This document shows positions 12,601-25,020 of a stretch of DNA of 64,000 nucleotides, one piece after another; position 1 is the first letter of the stretch; each line of letters opens with the position of its first letter. Under the pieces are notes generated by a model. The model worked only from the letters and a program-made list of their open reading frames with translations. It searched no databases and was not told where the DNA came from. This stretch comes from Eledone cirrhosa (taxonomy: Eukaryota). The translations under genes were made by a program, and so were the position numbers. The DNA lies in NCBI GenBank assembly GCA_964016885.1, contig OZ024740.1:35526001-35590000 (forward strand), read 5' to 3'.

Positions 12601-15600
12601 GTTCAACAGACGAGAGTTAAATGTAAGGTGTTGTGGTTTAGCAGACGACAGTTAGATGTAAGGTGTAGTTGTTTAACAGGTGACAGTTAGATGTAGGGTG
12701 TTGTGGTTTAACAGGCGACAGTTAGATTGAAGGTGTTGTGGTTTAACCGGTGACAGTTAGATGTAAGGTATAGTGGTTTAACAGGCGACAGTTAGATGTA
12801 AGGTGTTGTGGTTTAACAGGCGACAGCGAGATGTAAGGTGTTGTGGTTCAACAGGCGACGGTTAGATGTATGGTGTTGTGGTTTAACAGGTGACAGTTAG
12901 ATGTAAGGTGTTGTGGTTTAACAGGCGACAGTGAGTTGTTAGGTGTTGTGGTTTAACAGGCGACAGTGAGATGTAAGGTGTAGTGGTTTAACAGGTGACA
13001 GTTAGATGTATGGTGTTGTCGTTAAACAGGCGACAGTTTGATGGAAGGTGTTGTGGTTTCACAGGTGACAGTTAGATGAAAGGTGTTGTGGTTTAACAGG
13101 CGACAGTTAGATGTAAGGTGTTGTGGTTTAACAGACGACAGTGAGATGTAAGGTGTTGTGGTTTAACAGGTGACAGTTCGACGTAAGGTTTTGTGGTTTA
13201 ACAAACGTCAGTTAGATGTAAGGTGTTGTGGTTCAACAGGCGACATTTAGATGTAACGTGTTGTGGTTTAACAGGTGACAGTTAGATGTAAGGTGTTGTG
13301 GTTTAACAGGTGACAGTTATATGTAAGGTGTAGGGGTTTAACAGGCAACATTTGGATGTAAGGTGTTGTGGTTTAACAGGTGACAGTTAGATGTAAGATT
13401 TTGTGGTTTAACAGGCGACAGCTAGATGTAATGTCTTCTGGTTTAACAGGCAACAGTTAGATGTAAGGTGTTGTGGTTTAACAGGTGACAGTTAGATGTA
13501 AGGTGTAGAGGTTTAACAGACGACAGTTAGATGTGAGGTGTTGTGGTTTAACAGGTGACAGTTAGATGTAAGGTGTGGTGGTTTAACAGGCGACAGTTAG
13601 ATGTAAGGTGTTGTGGTTTAACAGGTGACAGTTAGATGTAAGATGTTGTGGTTTAACAGGTGACAGTTGTATGAAAGTTGTTGTGGTTCAACAGACGAGA
13701 GTTAAATGTAAGGTGTTGTGGTTTAACAGACGACAGTTAGATGTAATGTGTTGTTTAACAGACGTTAGTTAGATGTAAGGTGTAGTGGTTTAAGAGGTGA
13801 CAGTTAGATGTAAGGTGTTGTCGTTTAACAGGCGACAGTGAGATGTAAGTTGTTGTGGTTTAACAGGCGACAGTGAGATGTAAGGTGTTGTGGTTTAACA
13901 GGCGACAGTGAGATGTAAGGTGTAGTGGTTTAACAGGTGACAGTTAGATGTATGGTGTTGTCGTTAAACAGGCGACAGTTAGATGTAAGGTGTTGTGGTT
14001 CAACAGGCGACAGTTAGATGTAAGGTGTTGTGGTTTAACAGGCGACAGTGAGATGTATTGTGTTGTGATTTCACAGGTGACAGTTAGATGTAAGGTGTTG
14101 TGGTTTAACAGGCGACAGTTAGATATAAGGTGTTGTGGTTTAACAGGCGACAGTGAGATGTAAGGTGTTGTGGTTTAACAGGCGACAGTGAGATGTAAGG
14201 TGTAGTGGTTTAACAGGTAACAGTTAGATGTATGGTGTTGTCGTTAAACAGGCGACAGTTAGATGGAAGGTGTTGTGGTTTCACAGGTGACAGTTAGATG
14301 TAAGGTGTTGTGGTTTAACAGGCGACAGTTAGATGTAAGGTGTTGTGGTTTAACAGGCGACAGTTAGATGTAAGGTGTTGGGGTTTAACAGGCGACAGTT
14401 AGATGTAAGGTGTTGTCGTTTAACAGGCGACAGTTACATGGAAGGTGTTGTGGTTTAACAGGTGACAGTTAGATGTAAGGTGTTGTGGTTTAACAGGTGA
14501 CAGTTAGATGTAAGGTGTAGGGGTTAAGAGGCAACAGTTGGATGTAAGGTGTTGTGGTTTAACAGGCGACAGTGAGATGTAAGGTGTTTTGGTTTAACAG
14601 ACGACAGTGAGATGTAAGGTATGGTGGTTTAAAAGGTGACAGTTCGATGTAAGGTGTTGTGGTTTAACAGGTGACAGTTAGATGCAAGGTGTAGGAGTTT
14701 AACAAGCAACAGTTAGATGTAAGGTGTTGTGGCTTAACAGGTGACAGTTAGATGGAAGATTTTGTGGTTTAACAGGCGACAGTTAGATGTAAGGTGTAGT
14801 GGTTTAACAGACGACAGTTAGATGTAAGGTGTAGTGGTTTAACAGACGACAGTTAGATGTAAGGTGTAGTGGTTCAACAGGCGACAGTTAGATGTATGGT
14901 TTTGTGGTTTAACAGGCGACAGTGACATGTAAGATGTTGTGGTTTAACAGGCGACAGTGAGATGTAAGGTGTTGTGGTTTAACAGGCGACAGTGAGACGT
15001 AAGGTGTAGTGGTTTAACAGGTGACAGTTAGTTGTAACGTATAGTGGTTTAACAGGCGACAGTTAGATGTAAGGTGTTGTGGTTTAAGAGGCGACAGTGA
15101 GATGTAAGGTGTTGTGGTTCAACAGGCGACAGTTAGATGTAAGGTGTTGAGGTTTAACAGGTGACAGTTAGATGTAAGGTGTTGTGGTTTAACAGGCGAC
15201 AGTGAGATGTAAGGTGTAGTTGGTTAACGGGTGACAGTTAGATGTAAGGTGTTGTCGTTTAACAGGCAAAAGTTAGATTGAAGTTGTTGTGGTTTAACAG
15301 GTGACAGTGAGATGTAAGGTATAGTGGTTTAACAGGCGACAGTGAGATGTAAGGTGTTGTGGTTCAACAGGCGACAGTTAGATGTAAGGTTTTGTGGTTT
15401 AACAGGTGACAGTTAGATGTAAGGTGTTGTGGTTTAACAGACGCAGTGAGATGTAAGGTGTTGTGGATTAACAGGTGACAGTTAGATGTAAGATGTTGTG
15501 GTTTAACAGACGACAGTGAGATGTAAGGTGTTGTGGTTTAACAGGCGACAGTGAGATGTAAGGTGTTGTGGTTTAACAGGCGACAGTGAGATGTAAGGTG

Positions 15601-16569
15601 TTGTGGTTTAACAGGCGACAGTGAAATGTAAGGTGTAGTGGTTTAACAGGTGACAGTTAGATGTATGATGTTGTCGTTAAACAGGCGACAGTTAGATGTA
15701 AGGTGTTGTGGTTCAACAGGCGAAAGTTAGATGTAAGGTGTTGTGGTTTCACAGGTGATAGTTAGATGTAAGGTGTTGTGGTTTAAGAGGCGACAGTTAG
15801 ATGTAAGGTGTTGTGGTTCAACAGGCGACAGTTAGATGTAAGGTGTTGTCGTTTAACAGGCGACAGTGAGATGTAAGTTGTTGTGGTTTAACAGGCGACA
15901 GTGAGATGTAAGGTGTTGTGGTTTAACAGGCGACAGTGAGATGTAAGGTGTAGTGGTTTAACAGGTGACAGTTAGATGTATGGTGTTGTCGTTAAACAGG
16001 CGACAGTTAGATGTAAGGTGTTGTGGTTTAACAGACGTCAGTTAGATGTAAGGTGTTGTGGTTCAACAGACGAGAGTTAAATGTAAGGTGTTGTGGTTTA
16101 GCAGACGACAGTTAGATGTAAGGTGTAGTTGTTTAACAGGTGACAGTTAGATGTAGGGTGTTGTCGTTTAACAGGCGACAGTTAGATTGAAGGTGTTGTG
16201 GTTTAACCGGTGACAGTTAGATGTAAGGTATAGTGGTTTAACAGGCGACAGTTAGATGTAAGGTGTTGTGGTTTAACAGGCGACAGCGAGATGTAAGGTG
16301 TTGTGGTTCAACAGGCGACGGTTAGATGTATGGTGTTGTGGTTTAACAGGTGACAGTTAGATGTAAGTTGTTGTGGTTTAACAGGCGACAGTGAGTTGTT
16401 AGGTGTTGTGGTTTAACAGGCGACAGTGAGATGTAAGGTGTAGTGGTTTAACAGGTGACAGTTAGATGTATGGTGTTGTCGTTAAACAGGCGTCAGTTTG
16501 ATGGAAGGTGTTGTGGTTTCACAGGTGACAGTTAGATGAAAGGTGTTGTGGTTTAACAGGCGAGAGTTA
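9649..16569 (+). repeat. Tandem duplication of about 3,461 bp (99 monomers): about 9649-13109 and about 13110-16569
   Basis: Variants shared at offset 3,460-3,461: CGTAAGGTTTTG (9721/13182), GGCTTAAC (11271/14731), CAAAAGTTAGATTG (about 11807/15267), ORF starts 10487/13948. Confidence 0.85.
10275..10306 (+). repeat. 32-bp variant monomer type B (GTTAGATGTAATGTGTTGTTTAACAGACGTTA), example copy
   Basis: Ten copies near 10286, 13747, 17172, 24820, 31107, 35717, 37604, 50775, 54094, 59198, each shortly upstream of one of the ten listed ORF blocks. Confidence 0.92.
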
Positions 16570-17372
16570 GATGTAAGGTGTTGTGGTTCAACAGGTGACA
16601 GTTAGATGTAAGGTGTTGAGGTTTAACAGGTGACAGTTAGATGTAAGGTGTTGTGGTTTAACAGGCGACAGTGAGATGTAAGGTGTTGTGGTTTAACAGA
16701 CGACAGTGAGATGTAAGGTGTTGTGGTTTAACAGGTGACAGTTCGACGTAAGGTGTTGTGGTTTAACAAACGTCAGTTAGATGTAAGGTGTTGTGGTTCA
16801 ACAGGCGACATTTAGATGTAACGTGTTGTGGTTTAACAGGTGACAGTTAGATGTAAGGTGTTGTGGTTTAACAGGTGACAGTTATATGTAAGGTGTAGGG
16901 GTTTAACAGGCAACATTTGGATGTAAGGTGTTGTGGTTTAACAGGTGACAGTTAGATGTAAGATTTTGTGGTTTAACAGGCGACAGCTAGATGTAATGTC
17001 TTCTGGTTTAACAGGCAACAGTTAGATGTAAGGTGTTGTGGTTTAACAGGTGACAGTTAGATGTAAGATGTTGTGGTTTAACAGGTGACAGTTGTATGAA
17101 AGTTGTTGTGGTTCAACAGACGAGAGTTAAATGTAAGGTGTTGTGGTTTAACAGACGACAGTTAGATGTAATGTGTTGTTTAACAGACGTTAGTTAGATG
17201 TAAGGTGTAGTGGTTTAAGAGGTGACAGTTAGATGTAAGGTGTTGTCGTTTAACAGGCGACAGTGAGATGTAAGTTGTTGTGGTTTAACAGGCGACAGTG
17301 AGATGTAAGGTGTTGTGGTTTAACAGGCGACAGTGAGATGTAAGGTGTAGTGGTTTAACAGGTGACAGTTAG

Positions 17373-20300
17373 ATGTATGGTGTTGTCGTTAAACAGGCGA
17401 CAGTTAGATGTAAGGTGTTGTGGTTCAACAGGCGACAGTTAGATGTAAGGTGTTGTGGTTTAACAGGCGACAGTGAGATGTATTGTGTTGTGATTTCACA
17501 GGTGACAGTTAGATGTAAGGTGTTGTGGTTTAACAGGCGACAGTTAGATATAAGGTGTTGTGGTTTAACAGGCGACAGTGAGATGTAAGGTGTTGTGGTT
17601 TAACAGGCGACAGTGAGATGTAAGGTGTAGTGGTTTAACAGGTAACAGTTAGATGTATGGTGTTGTCGTTAATCAGGCGACAGTTAGATGGAAGGTGTTG
17701 TGGTTACACAGGTGACAGTTAGATGTAAGGTGTTGTAGTTTAACAGGCGACAGTTAGATGTAAGGTGTTGTGGTTTAAGAGGCGACAGTTAGATGTAAGG
17801 TGTTGTGGTTTAACAGGCGACAGTTAGATGTAAGGTGTTGTCGTTTAACAGGCGACAGTTACATGGAAGGTGTTGTGGTTTAACAGGTGACAGTTAGATG
17901 TAAGGTGTTGTGGTTTAACAGGTGACAGTTAGATGTAAGGTGTAGGGGTTTAACAGGCAACAGTTGGATGTAAGGTGTTGTGGTTTAACAGGCGACAGTG
18001 AGATGTAAGGTGTTTTGGTTTAACAGACGACAGTGAGATGTAAGGTATGGTGGTTTAAAAGGTGACAGTTCGATGTAAGGTGTTGTGGTTTAACAGGTGA
18101 CAGTTAGATGCAAGGTGTAGGAGTTTAACAAGCAACAGTTAGATGTAAGGTGTTGTGGTTTAACAGGTGACAGTTAGATGGAAGATTTTGTGGTTTAACA
18201 GGCGACAGTTAGATGTAAGGTGTAGTGGTTTAACAGACGACAGTTAGATGTAAGGTGTAGTGGTTTAACAGACGACAGTTAGATGTAAGGTGTAGTGGTT
18301 CAACAGTCGACAGTTAGATGTAAGGTGTCCTGGTTTAACAGACGACAGTTAGATCTAAGTTTTAGTGGTTTAACAGACGACAGTTAGATGTAAGCTGTAG
18401 TGGTTCAACAGACGACAGTTAAATGTAAGGTGTTGTGGTTTAACAGGTGAAAGTTAAATGTAAGGTGTAGTGGTTTAAGAGACGGCAGTTAGATGTAAGG
18501 TGTAGTGGTTTAATAGGCGACAGTTAGATGTTAGGTGTAGTGGTTTAACAGACGAGAGTTAAATGTAAGGTATTGTGGTTTAACAGGCGACAGTTAGATG
18601 TAAGGTGTTGTGGTTTAACAGACGTCAGTTAGATGTAAGGTGTTGTGGTTCAACGGACGAGAGTTAAATGTAAGGTGTTGTGGTTTAACAGACGACAGTT
18701 AGATGTAATGAGTCGTTTAACAGTCATTAGTTAGATGTAAGGTGTAGTGGTTTAACAGGTGACAGTTAGATGTAAGGTGTTGTCGTTTAACAGGGGACAG
18801 TTAGATGGAAGTTGTTGTGGTTCAACATGCGACAGTTAGATGTATGGTGTTGTGGTTTAACAGGCGACAGTGACATGTAAGATGTTGTGGTTTAACAGGC
18901 GACAGTGTGATGTAAGGTGTTGTGGTTTAACAGGCGACAGTGAGATGTAAGGTGTTGTGGTTCAACAGGCGACAGTTAGATGTATGGTGTTGTGGTTTAA
19001 CAGGCGACAGTGACATGTAAGATGTTGTGGTTTAACAGGCGACAGTGAGATGTAAGGTGTAGTGGTTTAACAGGTGACAGTTAGATGTAAGGTTTTGTGG
19101 TTTAACAGGTGACAGTTAGATGTAAGGTGTTGTGGTTTAACAGATGACAGTGAGATGTAAGGTGTTGTGGTTTAACAGGTGACAGTTAGATGTAAGATGT
19201 TGTGGTTTAACAGACGACAGGGAGATGTAAGGTGTTGTGGTTTAACAGGCGACAGTGAGATGTAAGGTGTTGGGGTTTAACAGGCGACAGTGAGATGTAA
19301 GGTGTTGTGGTTTAACAGTCGACAGTGAGATGTGAGGTGTAGTGGTTTAACAGGTGACAGTTAGATGTATGATGTTGTCGTTAAACAGGCGACAGTTAGA
19401 TGTAAGGTGTTGTGGTTCAACAGGCGACAGTTAGATGTAAGGTGTTGTGGTTTCACAGGTGATAGTTAGATGTAAGGTGTTGTGGTTTAAGAGGCGACAG
19501 TTAGATGTAAGGTGTTGTGGTTCAACAGGCGACAGTTAGATGTATGGTGTTGTGGTTTAACAGGTGACAGTTAGATGTAAGGTGTTGTGGTTTAACAGGC
19601 GACAGTGAGATGTAAGGTGTAGTGGGTTAACGGGTGACAGTTAGATGTAAGGTGTTGTCGTTTAACAGGCAACAGTTAGATGGAAGGTGTTGTGGTTTAA
19701 CAGGCGACAGTGAGTTGTAAGGTGTTGTGGTTTCACAGGTGATAGTTAGATGTAAGGTGTTGTGGTTTAAGAGGCGACAGTTAGATGTAAGGTGTTGTGG
19801 TTCAACAGGCGACAGTTAGATGTATGGTGTTGTGGTTCAACAGGTGACAGTTAGATGTATGGTGTTGTGGTTTCACAGGTGACAGTTAGATGTAAGGTGT
19901 TGTGGTTTAACAGGCGACAGTGAGTTGTAAGGTGTTGTGGTTTAACAGGCGACAGTGAGATGTAAGGTGTAGTGGTTTAACAGGTGACAGTTAGATGTAT
20001 GGTGTTGTCGTTAAACAGGCGACAGTTAGATTGAAGGTGTTGTGGTTTCACAGGTGACAGTTAGATGTAAGGTGTTGAGGTTTAACAGGTGACAGTTAGA
20101 TGTAAGGGGTTGTGGTTTAACAGGTGACAGTTCAACGTAAGGTGTTGTGGTTTAACAAACGTCAGTTAGATGTAAGGTGTTGTGGTTCAACAGGCGACAT
20201 TTAGATGTAAAGTGTTGTGGTTTAACAGGTGACAGTTAGATGTAAGGTGTTGTGGTTTAACAGGTCACAGTTAGATGTAAGGTGTAGGGGTTTAACAGGC

Positions 20301-23300
20301 AACAGTTGGATGTAAGGTGTTGTGGTTTAACAGGTGACAGTTAGATGTAAGATTTTGTGGTTTAACAGGCGACAGTTAGATGTAATGTCTTCTGGTTTAA
20401 CAGGCAACAGTTAGATGTAAGGTGTTGTGGTTTAACAGGTGACAGTTAGATGTAAGGTGTAGAGATTTAACAGACGTCAGTTAGATGTAAGGTGTAGTGG
20501 TTTAATAGGCGACAGTTAGATGTAAGGTGTAGTGGTTTAATAGGCGACAGTTAAATGTAAGGTGTTGTGGTTTAACAGGCGACAGTTAGATGTAAGGTGT
20601 TGTGGTTTAACAGACGTCAGTTAGATGTAAGGTGTTGTGGTTCAACGGACGAGAGTTAAATGTAAGGTGTTGTGGTTTAACAGACGACAGTTAGATGTAA
20701 TGAGTCGTTTAACAGTCGTTAGTTAGATGTAAGGTGTAGTGGTTTAACAGGTGACAGTTAGATGTAAGGTGTTGTCGTTTAACAAGCGACAGTTAGATGG
20801 AAGGTGTTGTGGTTCAACATGCGACAGTTAGATGTATGGTGTTGTGGTTTAACAGGCGACAGTGACATGTAAGATGTTGTGGTTTAACAGGCGACAGTGA
20901 GATGTAAGGTGTTGTGGTTTAACAGGCGACAGTGAGATGTAAGGTGTAGTGGTTTAACAGGTGACAGTTAGATGTAAGGTATAGTGGTTTAACAGGCGAC
21001 AGTTAGATGTAAGGTGTTGTGGTTTAAGAGGCGACAGTGAGATGTAAGGTGTTGTGGTTCAACAGGCGACAGTTAGATGTAAGGTGTTGAGCTTTAACAG
21101 GTGACATTTAGATGTAAGGTGTTGTGGTTTAACAGGCGACAGTGAGATGTAAGGTGTAGTTGGTTAACGGGTGACAGTTAGATGTAAGGTGTTGTCGTTT
21201 AACAGGCAAAAGTTAGATGTAAGGTTTTGTGGTTTAACAGGTGACAGTGAGATGTAAGGCGTTGTGGTTTAACAGACGCAGTGAGATGTAAGGTGTTGTG
21301 GATTAACAGGTGACAGTTAGATGTAAGATGTTGTGGTTTAACAGACGACAGTGAGATGTAAGGTGTTGTGGTTTAACAGGCGACAGTAAGATGTAAGGTG
21401 TTGTGGTTTAACAGGCGACAGTGAGATGTAAGGTGTTGTGGTTTAACAGGCGACAGAGAAATGTAAGGTGTAGTGGTTTAACAGGTGACAGTTAGATGTA
21501 TGATGTTGTCGTTAAACAGGCGACAGTTAGATGTAAGGTGTTGTGGTTCAACAGGCGACAGTTAGATGTAAGGTGTTGTGGTTTCACAGGTGATAGTTAG
21601 ATGTAAGGTGTTGTGGTTTAAGTGGCGACAGTTAGATGTAAGGTGTTGTGGTTCAACAGGCGACAGTTATATGTAAGGTGTTGTCGTTTAACAGGCGACA
21701 GTGAGATGTAAGTTGTTGTGGTTTAACAGGCGACAGTGAGATGTAAGGTGTTGTGGTTTAACAGGCGACAGTGAGATGTAAGGTGTAGTGGTTTAACAGG
21801 TGACAGTTAGATGTATGGTGTTGTCGTTAAACAGGCGACAGTTAGATGTAAGGTGTTGTGGTTTAACAGACGTTAGTTAGATGTAAGGTGTTGTGGTTCA
21901 ACAGACGAGAGTTAAATGTAAGGTGTTGTGGTTTAGCAGACGACAGTTAGATGTAGGGTGTAGTGGTTTAACAGGTGACAGTTAGATGTAGGGTGTTGTC
22001 GTTTAACAGGCGACAGTTAGATTGAAGGTGTGGTTTAACCGGTGACAGTTAGATGTAAGGTATAGTGGTTTAACAGGCCACAGTTAGATGTAAGGTGTTG
22101 TGGTTTAACAGGCGACAGCGAGATGTAAGGTGTTGTGGTTCAACAGGCGACGGTTAGATGTATGGTGTTGTGGTTTAACAGGTGACAGTTAGATGTAAGG
22201 TGTTGTGGTTTAACAGGCGACAGTGAGTTGTTAGGTGTTGTGGTTTAACAGGCGACAGTTAGATGTAAGGTGTTGTGGTTTAACAGACGTCAGTTAGATG
22301 TAAGGTGTTGTGGTTCAACGGACGAGAGTTAAATGTAAGGTGTTGTGGTTTAACAGACGACAGTTAGATGTAATGAGTCGTTTAACAGTCGTTAGTTAGA
22401 TGTAAGGTGTAGTGGTTTAACAGGTGACAGTTAGATGTAAGGTGTTGTCGTTTAACAAGCGACAGTTAGATGGAAGGTGTTGTGGTTCAACATGCGACAG
22501 TTAGATGTATGGTGTTGTGGTTTAACAGGCGACAGTGACATGTAAGATGTTGTGGTTTAACAGGCGACAGTGAGATGTAAGGTGTTGTGGTTTAACAGGC
22601 GACAGTGAGATGTAAGGTGTAGTGGTTTAACAGGTGACAGTTAGATGTAAGGTATAGTGGTTTAACAGGCGACAGTTAGATGTAAGGTGTTGTGGTTTAA
22701 GAGGCGACAGTGAGATGTAAGGTGTTGTGGTTCAACAGGCGACAGTTAGATGTAAGGTGTTGAGGTTTAACAGGTGACAGTTAGATGTAAGGTGTTGTGG
22801 TTTAACAGGCGACAGTGAGATGTAAGGTGTAGTTTGTTAACGGGTGACAGTTAGATGTAAGGTGTTGTCGTTTAACAGGCAAAGGTTAGATGGAAGGTGT
22901 TGTGGTTTAACAGGTGACAGTGAGATGTAAGGTATAGTGGTTTAACAGGCGACAGTGAGATGTAAGGTGTTGTGGTTCGACAGGCGACAGTTAGATGTAA
23001 GGTTTTTTGGTTTAACAGGTGACAGTTAGATGTAAGGTGTTGTGGTTTAACAGACGCAGTGAGATGTAAGGTGTTGTGGATTAACAGGTGACAGTTAGAT
23101 GTAAGATGTTGTGGTTTAACAGACGACAGTGAGATGTAAGGTGTTGTGGTTTAACAGGCGACAGTGAGATGTAAGGTGTTGTGGTTTAACAGGCGACAGT
23201 GAGATGTAAGGTGTTGTGGTTTAACAGGCGACAGTGAAATGTAAGGTGTAGTGGTTTAACAGGTGACAGTTAGATGTATGATGTTGTCGTTAAACAGGCG

Positions 23301-25020
23301 ACAGTTAGATGTAAGGTGTTGTGGTTCAACAGGCGACAGTTAGATGTAAGGTGTTGTGGTTTCACAGGTGATAGTTAGATGTAAGGTGTTGTGGTTTAAG
23401 AGGCGACAGTTAGATGTAAGGTGTTGTGGTTCAACAGGCGACAGTTAGATGTAAGGTGTTGTCGTTTAACAGGCGACAGTGAGATGTAAGTCGTTGTGGT
23501 TTAACAGGCGACAGTGAGATGTAAGGTGTTGTGGTTTAACAGGCGACAGTGAGATGTAAGGTGTAGTGGTTTAACAGGTGACAGTTAGATGTATGGTGTT
23601 GTCGTTAAACAGGCGACAGTTAGATGTAAGGTGTTGTGGTTTAACAGACGTCAGTTAGATGTAAGGTGTTGTGGTTCAACAGACGAGAGTTATATGTAAG
23701 GTGTTGTGGTTTAGCAGACGACAGTTAGATGTAAGGTGTAGTGGTTTAACAGGTGACAGTTAGATGTAGGGTGTTGTCGTTTAACAGGCGACAGTTAGAT
23801 TGAAGGTGTTGTGGTTTAACCGGTGACAGTTAGATGTAAGGTATAGTGGTTTAAGAGGCGACAGTTAGATGTAAGGTGTTGTGGTTTAACAGGCGACAGT
23901 GAGTTGTTAGGTGTTGTGGTTTAACAGGCGACAGTGAGATGTAAGGTGTAGTGGTTTAACAGGTGACAGTTAGATGTATGGTGTTGTCGTTAAACAGGCG
24001 ACAGTTTGATGGAAGGTGTTGTGGTTTCACAGGTGACAGTTAGATGAAAGGTGTTGTGGTTTAACAGGCGACAGTTAGATGTAAGGTGTTGTGGTTCAAC
24101 AGGTGACAGTTAGATGTAAGGTGTTGAGGTTTAACAGGTGACAGTTAGATGTAAGGTGTTGTGGTTTAACAGGCGACAGTGAGATGTAAGGTGTTGTGGT
24201 TTAACAGACGACAGTGAGATGTAAGGTGTTGTGGTTTAACAGGTGACAGTTCGACGTAAGGTGTTGTGGTTTAACAAACGTCAGTTAGATGTAAGGTGTT
24301 GTGGTTCAACAGGCGACATTTAGATGTAACGTGTTGTGGTTTAACAGGTGACAGTTAGATGTAAGGTGTTGTGGTTTAACAGGTGACAGTTATATGTAAG
24401 GTGTAGGGGTTTAACAGGCAACATTTGGATGTAAGGTGTTGTGGTTTAACAGGTGACAGTTAGATGTAAGATTTTGTGGTTTAACAGGCGACAGCTAGAT
24501 GTAATGTCTTCTGGTTTAACAGGCAACAGTTAGATGTAAGGTGTTGTGGTTTAACAGGTGACAGTTAGATGTAAGGTGTAGAGGTTTAACAGACGACAGT
24601 TAGATGTGAGGTGTTGTGGTTTAACAGGTGACAGTTAGATGTAAGGTGTGGTGGTTTAACAGGCGACAGTTAGATGTAAGGTGTTGTGGTTTAACAGGTG
24701 ACAGTTAGATGTAAGATGTTGTGGTTTAACAGGTGACAGTTGTATGAAAGTTGTTGTGGTTCAACAGACGAGAGTTAAATGTAAGGTGTTGTGGTTTAAC
24801 AGACGACAGTTAGATGTAATGTGTTGTTTAACAGACGTTAGTTAGATGTAAGGTGTAGTGGTTTAAGAGGTGACAGTTAGATGTAAGGTGTTGTCGTTTA
24901 ACAGGCGACAGTGAGATGTAAGTTGGTGTGGTTTAACAGGCGACAGTGAGATGTAAGGTGTTGTGGTTTAACAGGCGACAGTGAGATGTAAGGTGTAGTG
25001 GTTTAACAGGTGACAGTTAG
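17373..25020 (+). repeat. One unit of the core higher-order repeat, 7,648 bp = 219 monomers
   Basis: Two independent markers give the same offset: ORF-bearing block 17373->25021 and the GTCCTGG variant 18329->25977. 219x35 minus 17 bp (five 3-bp and two 1-bp deletions) = 7,648. The same variant order recurs at about 43.1-51.7 kb and, rearranged, at about 2-11.4 kb. Confidence 0.85.
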
